A stretch of DNA of 60,053 nt, the filler included, from Basidiobolus ranarum (lineage: Eukaryota): NCBI GenBank assembly GCA_040143965.1. It is 13 parts of 13 records of this genome, joined end to end, with 100 filler letters (N's around TTAATTAATTAA, not from the genome) between each part and the next. Parts side by side here need not be neighbours in the genome. Positions count along the whole stretch, not along the records: positions 23,175 to 27,704 come from JASJQH010001927.1; positions 27,805 to 32,332 come from JASJQH010001928.1; positions 32,433 to 36,958 come from JASJQH010001929.1; 10 more parts are not named here. One strand, written 5' to 3'. Below, piece after piece: positions 23,255-37,058 of the stretch. The position numbers and the translations under genes were made by a program. Numbering within the stretch: position 1 is the stretch's first letter; the number at the start of each line of letters is the position of its first letter. Below the pieces are notes generated by a model. It searched no databases and was not told where the DNA came from. It saw only the letters and a list, made by a program, of their open reading frames with translations.

Positions 23255-24933
23255 CCACAATGATTTGTATGGAATCATGAGTAAAAACTACAAAGTTGCT
23301 ATACAGGCCACTACAAGCAATGATGCAGCATTCTGCATCAATTAGTGAACAGTGAGGGAGTTGCTCAACTATACAAATGTCACCATGAAAATTTAGTTGA
23401 GCATCCAAGCAGAAATTTGATGATTTTTACTGTAAGAAAACCATCACAATTTTAATCCAATTCAGCTGACTGCTTACTTTGCATTATGAAATCATCAAGT
23501 AGAATTTGATTTAATCAATTTTTTTGGTTTCAGGAGTGATATTTCAAGATCTTGCAAAAACTTTGTACATGATTGGCTACAATTTCAGAAAAGAACTGCT
23601 CAACATGTGTGCAAAAAACAAAACTCAAATTTTAAACATATTCAACTGCAATGTTAATTTGTGACCTTTGAAATCCCTAGTTTTTTTGATATGTTTTTCT
23701 GAATATATGTGTAGAGATTGTCATACCCAAGGTTTAGCTCATATCCACACATGTTTGTATCAATATCTCCATTAAAGCTTGCAATTATGCTAATATTGCT
23801 GAAGCAACATTCTTCCAGCTATCTGGCAGATACCCTGCAATATTGTGCCACTCTGTATTCAGTTCTTCCCAGATATCTGCAAGGTCATCTCCAGACTAAA
23901 TGTCAAGTTGAATGTTCTTCTCCTAAAGCCACTCTCTACATACTTACATTGTGTTTTTCTCTTCATAGTTTTTAAGGAATCCTCAAGCACTTTTACTCTT
24001 TTTATATATCCTTGTACTGTAACACTACTTGTGGTGCTTTGTGGTGTGTGGGTGGCTTCTTTAAAGTTTGAGGCAAATTTCATCACTTTGAAAAGTACCA
24101 GTTGAGATTGGAAAGTAGTGAGTTTATTTGCTGGTGTTTTGGCTTGATTGCAGGTGCCAGGTGTTTGATACACTTCTGTATTTAGCACTCTTCCAATTGT
24201 TGTTCTAGGCTCAAAGGTAAAATCAAGCCTTTTTGCCAGTGTATCTGCTGGTATATCTGACTCTGGAAGTACAGAACCTTTTAATGGTGTGAAGAATTTG
24301 GCTAGTAGGATATTAGAGCCTAAACTCACTGGTTATTTTGCCTTGCCCTGACATTTCATAAATTCCTGCTATATGAGTCTACTTTTGCTGAATTTCTTTC
24401 TAGTTTTAGTCAGTAATGGCATACACTTTTAAGATATTTCATGAATGGGCCTACATTAGTCTAATTGCTATTTGCTTGCAAAAACCCAGGATAAGCCACA
24501 TGGATACCTCATGAACCTGCAGAGTAATGCCTGGTTTTGGTTTTTTCACAAATTTCTCAGATCAAGGTAATTTTGGGCAAGATTCCACACTGTTTCCAAA
24601 ATGTTGGACCCTTCAACAGCATGGTAAGTGACAGTGGCTCTGAGATTCAGAGTCTTTTGATTCACTGGCTTTTCTATGAGATTTTGACTTTTACATGCCA
24701 AAGCAATTTTGGTTGTTAAGTAAGCTTAATGAGAATGGATGGGAGGAGCAGTTTTTTGCTGCAGCTGAAGTATAGCATTGTGAAGGACTGGTATTATTGT
24801 TGGGTAACTCTCTAACTGAAGACTAAGTGCTTCAGAAGGCTGCATTAATTACAATGTTCCTGTACTCTTGCTTGGCATGGCCTGTATAGCAACTTTGTAG
24901 CTTTTATTTATGATTGTATACAAATCATTATGG
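23255..24933. mobile_element. Unclassified decayed repeat bounded by ~115-135 bp inverted repeats
   Basis: 23255-23369 is the diverged reverse complement of 24799-24933, with an exact 23-bp core. Internal 23410-23612 is homologous to 4639-4850 in reverse. Confidence 0.5.
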
Positions 24934-25153
24934 TATTCTGCCAGATATTGCAATCTAAACTTTTTATTGAGAAGTGTTTGATAGTCAGCAAAGCAGGCAT
25001 TTTGGAAGTTAATGGTTTTGACAGTGTTTCTGTTGGGCCTTGCTCAACTAATGATTCACTATGTAATGGGGGTATTGTAGTCTCTTCACTTGCACTATTG
25101 CTAGAAACAAATACTTCTGGTAAATTGAGTAATGCTTCATCATTACTTGAGTT

Positions 25154-27704
25154 TGTTGCAGTAGATAAAGAGCAACTGATTATTTAGTAGTTAGCTTATT
25201 GATGTTTTGATTATTTAGACCCAATTTGTCTATTCAAATACATGTGTTCCTTGCTCCAATAGATAGAGATATCAATTAGATTACATTTACCAATTTCAAC
25301 TATTTTGGCAAAACCTCTCCAAATTACCTCAAACTGTCACCCATGCTTAACAGGCATGTTTGTCAAGATCTAAGTACATCCATTAGCCAATGTAGCAAAG
25401 TAAAAGTAGGAAATATCAAATTCAATAAATTTTAAGTGTCTAATGCACAAATCCAAATCTTGTCCTAAACAATTCAAGTCCTCTAAACACTTTGATCAAT
25501 CTATGAGCTCCAAGCTGGCTGTTAAAGGAATGATTACTAGTTTCATTACCAGTACTTTTGCATTCACAGAGAAGTTTGATGGTGAAGACTTTCACCTTTG
25601 GCAGTTCAAGATGCTCAAACAGAAGGACCTTTACAGATTTGTTTTAGGAGTTGAAATAGAGCCAATGAGACTACCAGATGCAATCCTTACCTTTCACAAG
25701 AACCAGAGGGGAGTACTCTCCACACCTTGTCTCCATTTCAGAGACTCTCGATTGAGAAACACAAAATTGGCCAAAATGTCCAAACTACTTCAGGAACATT
25801 TGCAGGACAATAGGAGATCAAAGCTCTGGCTAATAGACTACATCTTAGGTGAGAACAATTCTCTCTTCAGATGAGTTTACATGATTCTATGGCTAGTCAT
25901 ATGAATTGGATGAAAACTATGGCAGAACAGCTCAGATCCATTCAAGAACCTCAAAATGAAGATAAATTAGTCATAACTGTACTTGGTAACCGGCAAGCCA
26001 AGTTTGGCATCATCATAAGTGCCCAACAAACAAGATAGGAGTCATTGACAATGGAATATGTTGGTGCTTGGCTTTCAAATGAGGAGACAAGATGATCTAA
26101 TTCTCTGCAAAAAAAAGCAGATCAAGGATTTTTGTAGCTGAAAAACATCCAACAGGCTTCAATAATGGTGCCCCCAGAATGAAATTATCCATCTGCAAGT
26201 ATTGCATGAGACCAGGCCAATGAATCAAAGATTACTAAGAAAGAATTTGTGCTAAAGAGCTAAAATTGGAACAAGCTAATCAAGTACACATTGATACAGA
26301 TCATCTGTTTATTTCTGCCCTATTGGTAACCACTGAGGAAGACTCAGAAATGTGGTACATTGATTCAGGAGCTTCCCAGCATATGCCAAACAAGGAAGGT
26401 TGGTCTTCTAGCTTAAAACCCATCCAAGTAAGTAAAATCTACTTAGAAGTTGACTATGCACTAAATCCTGTTGGTAAGGGCACAGTTCTACTCAATCTAG
26501 GCCAAATTTCAGCTACCCTATCTACAAAATTGGATGATGTACTTTATATATCAAATACAGCCAAGAATGTATTCTTGGTAAGCTAAGCAACAGCTTAAGG
26601 ACTAACTTCATGTTTGGCAAGGCTGGATGCACTATTGCAGATCAAATCATATTATATTAGCTACTGGGGTCAATACTCAAAGCCAATGCAAGCTAGAAAT
26701 CAACTAAGTGCATTCTGAGCATCAAACATGGCCAAAGCCCTTTGAAATAAGCCGCTATACAAGATCTAGAAATTGGGGCCACATTGGGGAACAAAAACTG
26801 ACCCCAATTATTATAAAGTAGCTTGATTCAGGATTAGATATTGAAAATATCACCAAATTGATCTGTATGAAGGTTGCATAAACAAAAAATTCACAGATAG
26901 CAGTTTTCAAGTCCTGGTGAGATCAAACCCAATCATAATTTTTCCCTGATTTATTCTGGCCATTGTGGGCCCATAAAAAATGTCTCAATTTGTGGCAGAA
27001 GGTACTTCATGAACTTTTTTGATGACAAAACATGATAAACTTTGGTATTTTTTTTCAAATTCACATCTGAAGCCTGAGCTCCTTAAAGCACTACAACACA
27101 ATGGTTGAGAATGATTCAGCACAAAAAATAGGGGTACTGAGTAGTGGTCATGGTGGACAATACTGATCTAAAGACTTTGCTAGATTTTGCCCCAAAAATG
27201 AAATTAAGCAACAAACTACTGTACTTTAAACTGCACAGCAGAATGGAATTGCAAAGTGTACTAATAGGACCAAAGTGGGGATGGCAAGATCAGCTCTTAC
27301 TACATCAGAGAAAGATTCAGGATCTCAGAGATCATCCAGAAGCAGAAATTCGGTGGGGAGCTGGCAGCACACTTCCCATGATGGAATATATACTTGCGTC
27401 ACATTCTGTAATGAGCCACAGACTTTAGTTTGAGCACAGGAGTGTCCAGAATCAAATTCATGTGCAAACATAATATCTGATGAGTTTTCTTGACTTCAGG
27501 ACTTTTGAAATTAGGTATATAAACACTCATTATTTAGTAGTTAGTTAATCATATTCTGATTATTTAGTGCTCAATTCTGTCATTCAAAAACATTTGTTTA
27601 TTGCTCTAATTCATAGAAATATCAATCAGATCACTTTTATCAATTTTCACTATTTTCTCAAATCTTCTCCAAATCACCTCAAATTTTCACCCGAGCTTAA
27701 CAGG
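25154..27704 (+). mobile_element. Degenerate family-A copia element: LTR 25154-25498, PBS, gag, protease, integrase remnants, partial LTR about 27510-27704
   Basis: EKFDGEDFHLWQFKM, WYIDSGASQHM (protease), DDVLYISNTAKN and integrase remnants. Colinear with the element at 4860-7590. Confidence 0.9.
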
Positions 27705-28289
27705 NNNNNNNNNNNNNNNNNNNNNNNNNNNNNNNNNNNNNNNNNNNNTTAATTAATTAANNNNNNNNNNNNNNNNNNNNNNNNNNNNNNNNNNNNNNNN
27801 NNNNCAAGGGAGAAGCACGTATGCAGTCCAACAGTGGCAACTAAAGTGCGGGTAAGATGTATGATGTGAGGCTGAATTGGAGTTGGTCCCAGCGAAGCAA
27901 TCAACAGTGTAAAAGTAAAAAAGGAAATTTCACCTGTGTCTCTCTTGCCTAAATGGACGATGTATATTATGTAATAAATCATGCACTTGTTCGTAAAATC
28001 TAAAAATACCCACATGCTAATTACCAAATCAATATCAATCCCCTACAAAGTAGAGATAATAACCCTTCAAAAGTTGGTTTACTTCCCACTTCTTGAGCGA
28101 TATTCGTGGGAATTCTCTACTGAAAAGAAATGGAAATGAACAACTAAACATATTTTCTAAAACCAATTCCCCACACGTTAAGCTTACTTCGGTTGAAAAT
28201 GATTCAGATATTATTTGCAAGTAAAACATGAATTGGGTTGATCATTCAAAGTGTGTACACAAATGTAAATTCAATTCAAAACAAAGAAA

Positions 28290-30942
28290 TCAATCAACAT
28301 TCTGGACTTTCTCCCTCTCAACATAGAACTCCAATACATCTCTCAAATTGGTAATCGATCCGGTATCTGTATCTAATATTTGAATCGGTAACAGCGTGTG
28401 CAAGTGTTCGGTGGTAGTGATCAAATGTAATTGAATCTTTTGACAGCTGGAGGGTTGCAAAGGACTAGGTTGATTGAATTTGAAACTATTAGTGAGTTGC
28501 TGACTGAAATTGATTCTAAAGTCTTACCTTAATCGTACATTGCTCTCTAAGCAAAGCATGGTGGCACGACTCCTTTCATGTTCCACTTGTCTGCGTAGAA
28601 AATCTATATAAAACCATTTCTCTCACGTAAGTAACTGCTTGTGAAGAAATATCTAACCTCTAGGGCACATGAAATCTTACCCGGTGCTCGCATCACTGGG
28701 TTGACTCTCGAGTTCGTTGACGAGTCAGAGATTGGCCTAAAGAGTAAGGGGTTGAATACTAGGTAATTCCGTTAGCTGACACATGCCATTCTCACCTGTT
28801 TGGTCTCGGTGATTTTGAGGAAGATTTCAGAAACTTTCTGTTCGGTACCACCACAGTGAGATTGCGAGTAGTCCCTGATTGATTAACAAAGAATAATTCA
28901 ACACTGAAAAACTTCCTGGCCACGATAGGATTTTCAGCAACTAAAATAGCAACTAGTTAGCTTTCGAACATCATGCATCTTCATGGCCCTTCTTGACTTA
29001 CTAGAAAAGGAAATAAACACTCCATTATCCAGATGTAATGCTGGAGTCTCTTCACTCAGTAGATCCCTTCTATCTGCTGTACGGATTCCCAGATGCGAGT
29101 TCGGTCTAGCATTTAATGATGAAGATCGGGCGATTTTGGTAGACGCAGGGGCGAATTTTCTTAGGCTAGGGTGGGCTCCAGTAGGACTGTACTCGTAATC
29201 ACTCGCAGCCGAGCCGAGATGCCGTCTGTTTGGTACAGGTGAGGACTGAGGACGCATGTTGATATTTGGAGTGTTTGGCACAACTCGTTTGGTCTGTGTA
29301 GAGACTTCAATCGGAAATTTCCATTCCGATTTGATGTTTCTTCCCTTGAAACACTCCAGCTGCGGCACACTTAGGACCGTGATAGTGGCATAGTATGCTC
29401 GTTCCTCTGGACCCTTCGAAGATTGGGGTTGATGCGAAGGCCTTCGGTGCGAAGGTCCATTTAAAGAAGGAGAGCTGACCTGGCTTCCATTTTTTGTGAC
29501 ACTATTTTCAATCAAATTCACATCGAACAAGAACGTACTATGATCTGAAGCCTGGAAATTCATTGGATACAAGTCATCCTATATCACAAAAGATCCTTAG
29601 TATATGGACCGAGATGTGCTGTAACGAACTACAACTCCTTTGACCAACTAACCTCACTTCCACAGTATACCACCGTCGCATTTGTTACCGTAGTCTCTAC
29701 TTTCTCCAACGAAACCGACACCTGGTTGGAGCACTTCAAACAAAGCGATATAAAAGAGGCCTTGTCTCCGATGACTGTGGTCCTAATTCTGGCTTCTAGC
29801 GCCTGAGTGATGGGAATGGTTTTTTGAAGGGTGATCTTCTCCAGAGGAAGTCCCACTCGTGGGAACGGGTAACTAGGGGGAAGTGAGCTGACAGGAGAAT
29901 CCTCAGCGGAGTCATCTAAATTCCCTATATCTGAATAAAATTCTCCTTTAAGTTGCCGTACACTAACTATACCAACTTCGCTAAACAGAATTACCATGAG
30001 ATAGATTGTCCATTAATGAAATGATATCCAGCTCTCCCAACGGGTCCGTTTCCTCCTCCTCTTTCAAGTTTTGAAGGGATATCTTTCGAGAATCCTGGAC
30101 AGATTTCTCGTTAATGAAGATAGTGATGACAGCGATTAACTCTTGGCCTTTGACTTTGGCAAACGCTATCAGGATCAAGAAGTGAAGGGTCAGAATGCGA
30201 CTCCATGATAAAATACACAAAAAAAACCACACGTGAAAGTACCTAATGGAACTGCCAACGGATATAAGCACACCAATTCATCGTCCATTTGAAAGATATT
30301 CAATTTCTCAATCTCTTTAGGTCGAATATTATATATACGAGATAGCTTCCCTCCTTCGATAAAAGGCTTTCCACTTTTCATCGGTTTTTTCCCACTACCA
30401 TTAGTATACTGTGTGTTTTCGTAAGTACCAGTTTTCCCTGCGAACTCAAATACTTGAGTACTAGGATCGACATTATCCACACTAGAGCCATCACGGACAT
30501 CTACTTGCACTTGAATCTGTAATAGAGAATGAAATAGACTGGCTATTTCCTCTTCACTTGAGTTTTTGCACAACTTAGAATCAGTGGAAGTACGTATCAC
30601 CAAGTAAAAATTCAAGACTTCATCTACATCATATTAGGATTAGTCAGTGAATTCATGAATGATAATAGAAGAGTAACAGAGGGAAGGGAGATACACAATA
30701 ATCTATCTCGAAATTATTCCGTCTGTAAATTGTTTGGGGAAGGGTTGACCTCAAAATGGCGTGAGAAAGATAAGAATTTACTTCGCGGTCATCAAAAAAG
30801 GAGGAAACTAAGATCTTTCATCCTTACCAAAATACAGTTGACTTCTAAGAGGTGAGTTAAGAACCTCTAAACCATTAGTAAGTTTTTCGGTTGGAGAAAC
30901 GTCTGGTATGAGTATATCAAAAGATAACTCGGAGAAGAGCAT
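28290..30942 (-). CDS. TRS65: TRAPP II complex subunit Trs65-like, multi-exon
   Basis: N-terminal RSQLYF|DEVLNFYLV spans an intron. The C-terminal region has FSVELFFVNQS..RNLTVVVP, LESNVRL|PLQPSSCQKIQLHL and LLPIQILD..TG, typical of the Trs65 domain. Exact exon bounds and start approximate. Confidence 0.7.
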
Positions 30943-31353
30943 CTGAGCTTGGTTTTTATACTTGGACTGTGGTTTCTAGTTTGGTTTGATGTTGAAAATA
31001 CACTCAAGGGAAGAGTGTTGAGAAAATAAATGATACAAGGCTTCTTTTTCTGTCTTGAATGGACTAAGATGAGGTGATATGGGGAGAAAAAGTGAAGACA
31101 GAGGGTATATACCCATTCGTTAGCATTATTGGCAACTAATTATTCCTCATGATGACCACGAAATCAACTGATTACATTTACACAGTAACATGAAAATTGG
31201 ATTAATGCCCTATTCAGGTGGTGCGAATTTGAACGATTTATCAAACAAATAAATTATGCTACAAATTGCTGAGACAACATATCTCATGGGAAAGCCTATA
31301 ATTTCTAGAAACTATTTATTCATTTAACACGAAAAAATAACACGATTTCGCCT

Positions 31354-32332
31354 CTAAAATCGTTGGAATTCTTTTCGCTCCGTTAATTCTGGTATGATTT
31401 CTGAAACGATAGAATCAATCAAAGCGTAAACTAGATGCCTATTGGCATAATTGGACTGGAAAGGTGCCAGAATATTTTGCGCTAAGTTTTCGGAGCAATT
31501 ACTACCAAGGATAAGCTTCTTCACATTGTCTAGTTTCATAGCATAAAGGCATCAATTGATAAACAAGTATAGGTGATGTAATTTGGCTCCTAAATACCTG
31601 GAATTAGTTGATTGATTATTCTTTCAGCCTCTCGTTTGGTTTTGAGACGTTCTTCTGACGAGATTTCTGCAGAGGTGAAGAACACTTCGTTGGGCCATAG
31701 GGAGTTACGTGCTTGCTCAAGGTAGTACGCCATCTGGCCTTCACTAAAGGCATTTTTAACTTGGTTCTCGATGAATCTACATACATCAACAAACAACATC
31801 GTACGGTTAAGAAAAACTCACAATGCATGGAGAAGACTATTCTATACTGAATGGCATCAATACTAACATGTCGATCCAACTTCCGCCAATTAGTCTGATC
31901 AATGGAAGCACGAATAACTCCACTTGAAAGTACATCCAACGATTTCTGTCTGAAATCAACAGTATCTCGTTTATCAGCTCTACCAAAGGCCTCTCTAGCC
32001 TTGAATGCTTCTTAAATGTGTGCATGCCAAACTGCTTCATTTCTAAGAATCTGTAGATGGCTCCAAAAAATCGATTCGGGATTGAGATTATTCTTCTCCA
32101 AAATAATTGGATTCCCATGGTCCATAGATTTACTAACAACGCAAAGCTAAATATACTGTTTGTTTCTTGAGATTTGGCTGAGTAGCCTTTGTACTCATTT
32201 TCTTCTGCGGTCGAGTGGGCATTGCTACCGTTAGGAAAGTTGGCCTCAAATCTCTGACCTTCCGGCATCTCATTTCTATCTGACCCTACGGGGCGTTGTG
32301 ATGTGTGAGCGCCGTTTGATTGCTTAGTATTG
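31354..32332 (-). CDS. PXA / sorting-nexin C-terminal (Nexin_C) domain protein, 5'-truncated
   Basis: YLEQARNSLWPN, ERLKTKREAERII, KLILG and FQSNYANRHLVYALIDSIVSEIIPEL, across GT-AG introns. Confidence 0.75.
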
Positions 32333-32432
32333 NNNNNNNNNNNNNNNNNNNNNNNNNNNNNNNNNNNNNNNNNNNNTTAATTAATTAANNNNNNNNNNNN
32401 NNNNNNNNNNNNNNNNNNNNNNNNNNNNNNNN

Positions 32433-33240
32433 AGATTTTCATATATTTGAAGGGGACAATTGATCTGGGATTAAGATACACATATTCTTATGAGAATAAG
32501 GATCTAATTAGGTTTAGTGATGCAGATTGGGGATGTGATATTGAGGACAGAAGATCTATCACTGGATATACATTTCTCTATAGTGAAGCAGCCATATCTT
32601 GGAATAGCAAGAAACAACCCAGCGTAGCACTTTCAACAACTGAAGCAGAGTACATGGCAGCATGACATATAACAAAGGATGCTATGTGGTTAAGGAAACT
32701 GTTTAAGGACTTGGGCATTTTTCAAAGTTCACCCACCATAATTTTCAAGAATAATCAAAGTTGTATTTCTTTAGCTAAAAATCCCAAATTTCATGCTAGA
32801 AGTAAGCTCATTGACATTCAACATCACTTTGTTAGGGAAACTATTGAGAATAAGCACATCCAACTAAAGTGCTGTCCAACTGAAGACATGATTGCTGACA
32901 TCCTTACTAAACCATTACCCAAGCCAAAATTTGAGGAATTAAGATTTAAGTTAGGATTAAGATATATGAATATTTAGTTGAGTGGGAGTATTGAAGTTTA
33001 TTGTCTTTATCATATTTGTTATCTCTATCTTTATACACCTAACTATTTCATATATCACATATAAGTTAGTTAACATTACTAAGTCAAATATCACCTAGCT
33101 AAAAATTGGAGCATATATTATATACATATGTGAATAACATGAGAATTAGCAATTCTGTGTTGGAAATTTCAAACTCATCCAAATTGCCCCAAAGATAGCT
33201 CATTTTACTCCCACAGATGTTCTGAACACAACCCCAGTAC
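32433..33240 (+). mobile_element. Copia 3' end (family D): RT/RNase H, PPT, 3' LTR from 32989
   Basis: FSDADWG, SKKQPSVALSTTEAEYMA, IDIQHHFVRE, MIADILTKPL. PPT GAGTGGGAG is followed by TATTGAAG (decayed TG). In-frame TGA at 32663-32665. Confidence 0.92.
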
Positions 33241-33249
33241 TAGTTTTCT

Positions 33250-35085
33250 GTATTTCCATCAAACCCAGAAATATGTGTTTCTTATTTTTTGGATCAAATT
33301 TAGATCAATTTCTAGTTATAATTTTGGCATAAGCAATGCATATAAAGTTCCTTAAATATTTTACATCAGGTTTAAGTCCAAACCACACTTGATAGGGTGT
33401 AAAGTTACACAGATTTTGGAGTAAAACTCCTACTCCTCAGATATATTGCTGTAGCAACAGAATCCACTCAAATATTACAAGATATATATGATGCATTTAT
33501 CATTAATCTTGCTGTTTCTACTCTAGTCCTGTTAACTCTTGCAGCAACAAAGTTTTGCTGAGATGAATAGGGGCAGCAGCTTCTTGCTTGAATCCATGAG
33601 CTTTGCAAAAGTGATTAACCAGTGTTGAAGTATATTCTCCACCATTATCAATACAGAGTTTCTTGATTCAGGTTCCAGTGTCAGTCTTGACAAGTATTTT
33701 AAAGTATCTAAGGATAGGGTGAGATTCATTTTTTCTTTCCAAAAAGTAGAACAAGGTGTATCTTGTATAATCATAAATAAAAGTGATTAAATATTTTTTC
33801 TTTCTCAAGGAAAAAATTTTGCCTAGGTTCACACAAACCTGAATGAATTAGATCCAATTTTTTGACAAATTTGATTAAGCCAGAGCACTTGAATAGTTTC
33901 CTGGCTTGGTTTCTATAAATATAACCCTCACAAATTTCATTATGGTTGGAGGGTTGATTTGAATACCAGAAATTAGGTAATTTGTGATAATTTTGCCCAA
34001 AAAAGCAAATCTAATATGGCCAAATCTCATATGCCATAATTGAATAGTTTCTTAATTGAAATATCTTATGTTTGCACATAAGCATCATGGATTATATGTA
34101 TGTTTGTAAAAGTTCCAATCCACTTCTCCTGAAGCTAAATAATTCCCATTTTGATCAGTGATGGTGCATCCTGACTTATCAAAATAGAATTTTAGCACTT
34201 CTGAAGTAACCTTGTATACAGATATTAAGTTCTTGCCATTATCTGGAACATGTTGCACATCCTCAAAAGTGTACACTTTCTCTTGAGAAGCTAGTTTTAA
34301 ATTGACTTGAATTGTTCCCATTCCAATTGCATCCAATGTATGGTCTTCTCCCATGAAAACCTTGCTTGGGATTTATTCTTGATCCACAAACCAATATTTT
34401 TCATTTGTGAAATGTTGGGAGGCTCAAAAATAGTATACCACATCAGAAAATACTTGTTGATAGTCATGGATAGAGCAGATGTGAACAAGTTATCATCCAT
34501 TGTAACAACATTTCTAGATTTCATATGTTTTTACTTCTTTTGCAATTCTTTTAGAGCAACCTTTGCTTACATGGCCAGTACTTTTACAGTAATTGCAAAA
34601 TGTGAGATATCTCTTCTGGAAGTGCTTTGACCTTTAAAGGATAGTTTCCCATAGCCTATTAAAGCATTTTCTGCATTCTGTTGTTTGGATCCTAATGTAC
34701 ATAAATCTCATCCAGAAGTATGCCAAATAATTAGTTTAGGGGCAAATTTTCAGTTCAGGATTCTAGAGACATTACTAAGCTCTGAAACTTGTGTGACAGG
34801 CTATTCAGGACTGCAACTATGAGGCTTGATTAGTAGTAGGAACTTCCATGCATACTGTTTCATCCACCAAACTAGCATTGCTATTAATTAGTGATTTAAA
34901 TTATTCTCCTGACTGCATCTTAAAATTAAAGAATTGTCTTGTTAGAAACATCTTCTTGATGGCAGAATACATTTGGTGGTTGTCTTCTAAGGCTTTCCAT
35001 GCCTTCTTAGCAGTTTTATCTCTAGAACATTGAATTAGCAATTTGTCTTTAACATTCAGACAAATTGTGTTAAAGGCACATTCTT
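33250..35085 (-). mobile_element. Degenerate copia gag-protease-integrase remnant
   Basis: FEDVQHVPDNGKNLISV fragment and integrase-like remnants with multiple frameshifts. Confidence 0.8.
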
Positions 35086-36811
35086 CTTCCTAATTGAGAA
35101 TAATGGGTAATAACTTGGTAAATTAAAAGATAGCTTAGTACTAAGCTATATATGACTATATTTGTTTCTAAGCAATGCTAATTTTGACAGCAACATCCCC
35201 TGAATTCTCCTTTACCAAGGCCAGAATTGTGATGAATGGACTTTGGCATCTAAGTACAGCAATGCAGTGAATGGTACATTTACATTTTTTACATATCATA
35301 TCAAAGTAGAGCGGCTGAAAGCAGGACTGCTATTTTTATATAAAAATCAATAAAAGGCTGCAATCAAGGAGTGGCCCTACCTGCTTGAATTTTATCTGAT
35401 GTGAGCCTATTTTATTTGACTTGGCATTATAAATGCTTGAAGTAGGAAAGCCTGCAATTAGTCAGATAGACTACCAGCTATATCTTTGATATGCCTATTG
35501 CTTTTATATTTCCTTTCTTAATGCCTACAAACCTGGCTTTTAGTTCATTATCTATTTAGTGTCTCCTGCCTCCCTTCTCTTTTACTGCTACTTGCACCTA
35601 CAAGCACCATATCTACATCATGAAAACTGGAATACATTGACAGTTGAGTCAATAAAGGATAGGATCCCTAACTTGACTGTGTGTTAAGAGGATGTTGTCC
35701 TAATTCTCACTTAATTTAGATTAAGATATAATTCACCTACAAACACTATGTCAACATTCATAAAACTTGAATATACCAATAGCTGAGTCAATGAAACAGT
35801 GTCTTAGGAGATTGCTGTCCTAATTCTTACTCTATTTTGATGAGGATATAAGCCAAATAACTTTCATATGACTGGTGCATTTATCCACCCAAAAGATTTA
35901 AACATCTCATTTAGTAAACTGAAAGCTATGACTTTTGAAATGTATGCTACTTGGGCAGTAATTTCCTAGGTTATGCAAACTTACATGTTGGCACAAAAGT
36001 TAAAGCCAATTTAGCCAGGATTGCTAGGGAATAATGTAAATAAACGATACCATCTTGAGATTAATTCTTTGACAGAAGATTCTCTATATTGCTGAGTGTT
36101 TTTCCAATACCTAAGTGAACTCAGAATGGTGATGATCACTTACTGACCAACTGTTTTCATATATATGGTAGTTGTACCAGCTCAGAGACATTTACATACT
36201 TGCTCAGAATGATTGACATCAGGCCACAGCCTGTGAATGTTATAGTTCCTTAGTGCTGCAGTAGCATACACTTGCTGATCCCATGTTCAGGGGAATATAT
36301 ACACAACTAATTCCATATAAATAGATGGCTATTTACCCATGTAACTAGGCCAACCACAAAGTATTTAATACAATATATGATTTATCTATGTCATTTTGCA
36401 TAAGTTGAGCCATAATTAGTTGCTATATGCATCATTGGGTAGGGCACATTATATAGGGTTAGGCTAAGTGACACTGTAGATCTCAGCAATTTCCATTCTT
36501 ACTTAGGGCCTGCTATATTGGATTTGTTCAGGTTAGTTCCCCCTATATAGGATGGTGCTATAACATCAAATAATTGATTGTGAAATTAAACTAAGGTGTA
36601 TCTCATTTCAACTTGTTCCAGTAATCAGGCAGAACTATGTAATCTATATTGTAGTTGCAACTTGCATTTGAGATATACTAACCCTGGCCCAGATGTACCT
36701 AAGCAAATAGCCAACACCAATATAGGACTAGGTTCATATTTTCTCTTTAGATATACATATCATATCCACATGTACCAAAGGTGAATATGACTCCAGGTGA
36801 TGAGGACCTAA

Positions 36812-36958
36812 TGTTGAAGTTTATTGTCTTTATCATATATGTTATCTCTATCTTTATACACCTAACTATTTCATATATCACATATTAGTTAGTCAACATT
36901 ATTTAGTCAAATATCACTTAGCTGCAAATCGGAACATATATTTTATATATATGTGAAT
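36812..36958 (+). repeat. Family-D LTR 5' part
   Basis: TGTTGAAGTTTATTGTCTTTATCATAT is near-identical to 32989 onward. Confidence 0.85.
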
Positions 36959-37058
36959 NNNNNNNNNNNNNNNNNNNNNNNNNNNNNNNNNNNNNNNNNN
37001 NNTTAATTAATTAANNNNNNNNNNNNNNNNNNNNNNNNNNNNNNNNNNNNNNNNNNNN

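Noticed and set aside
35632-35850. Diverged ~140-bp tandem duplication
   Set aside because: Real but lies in decayed repeat DNA, with no assignable function.
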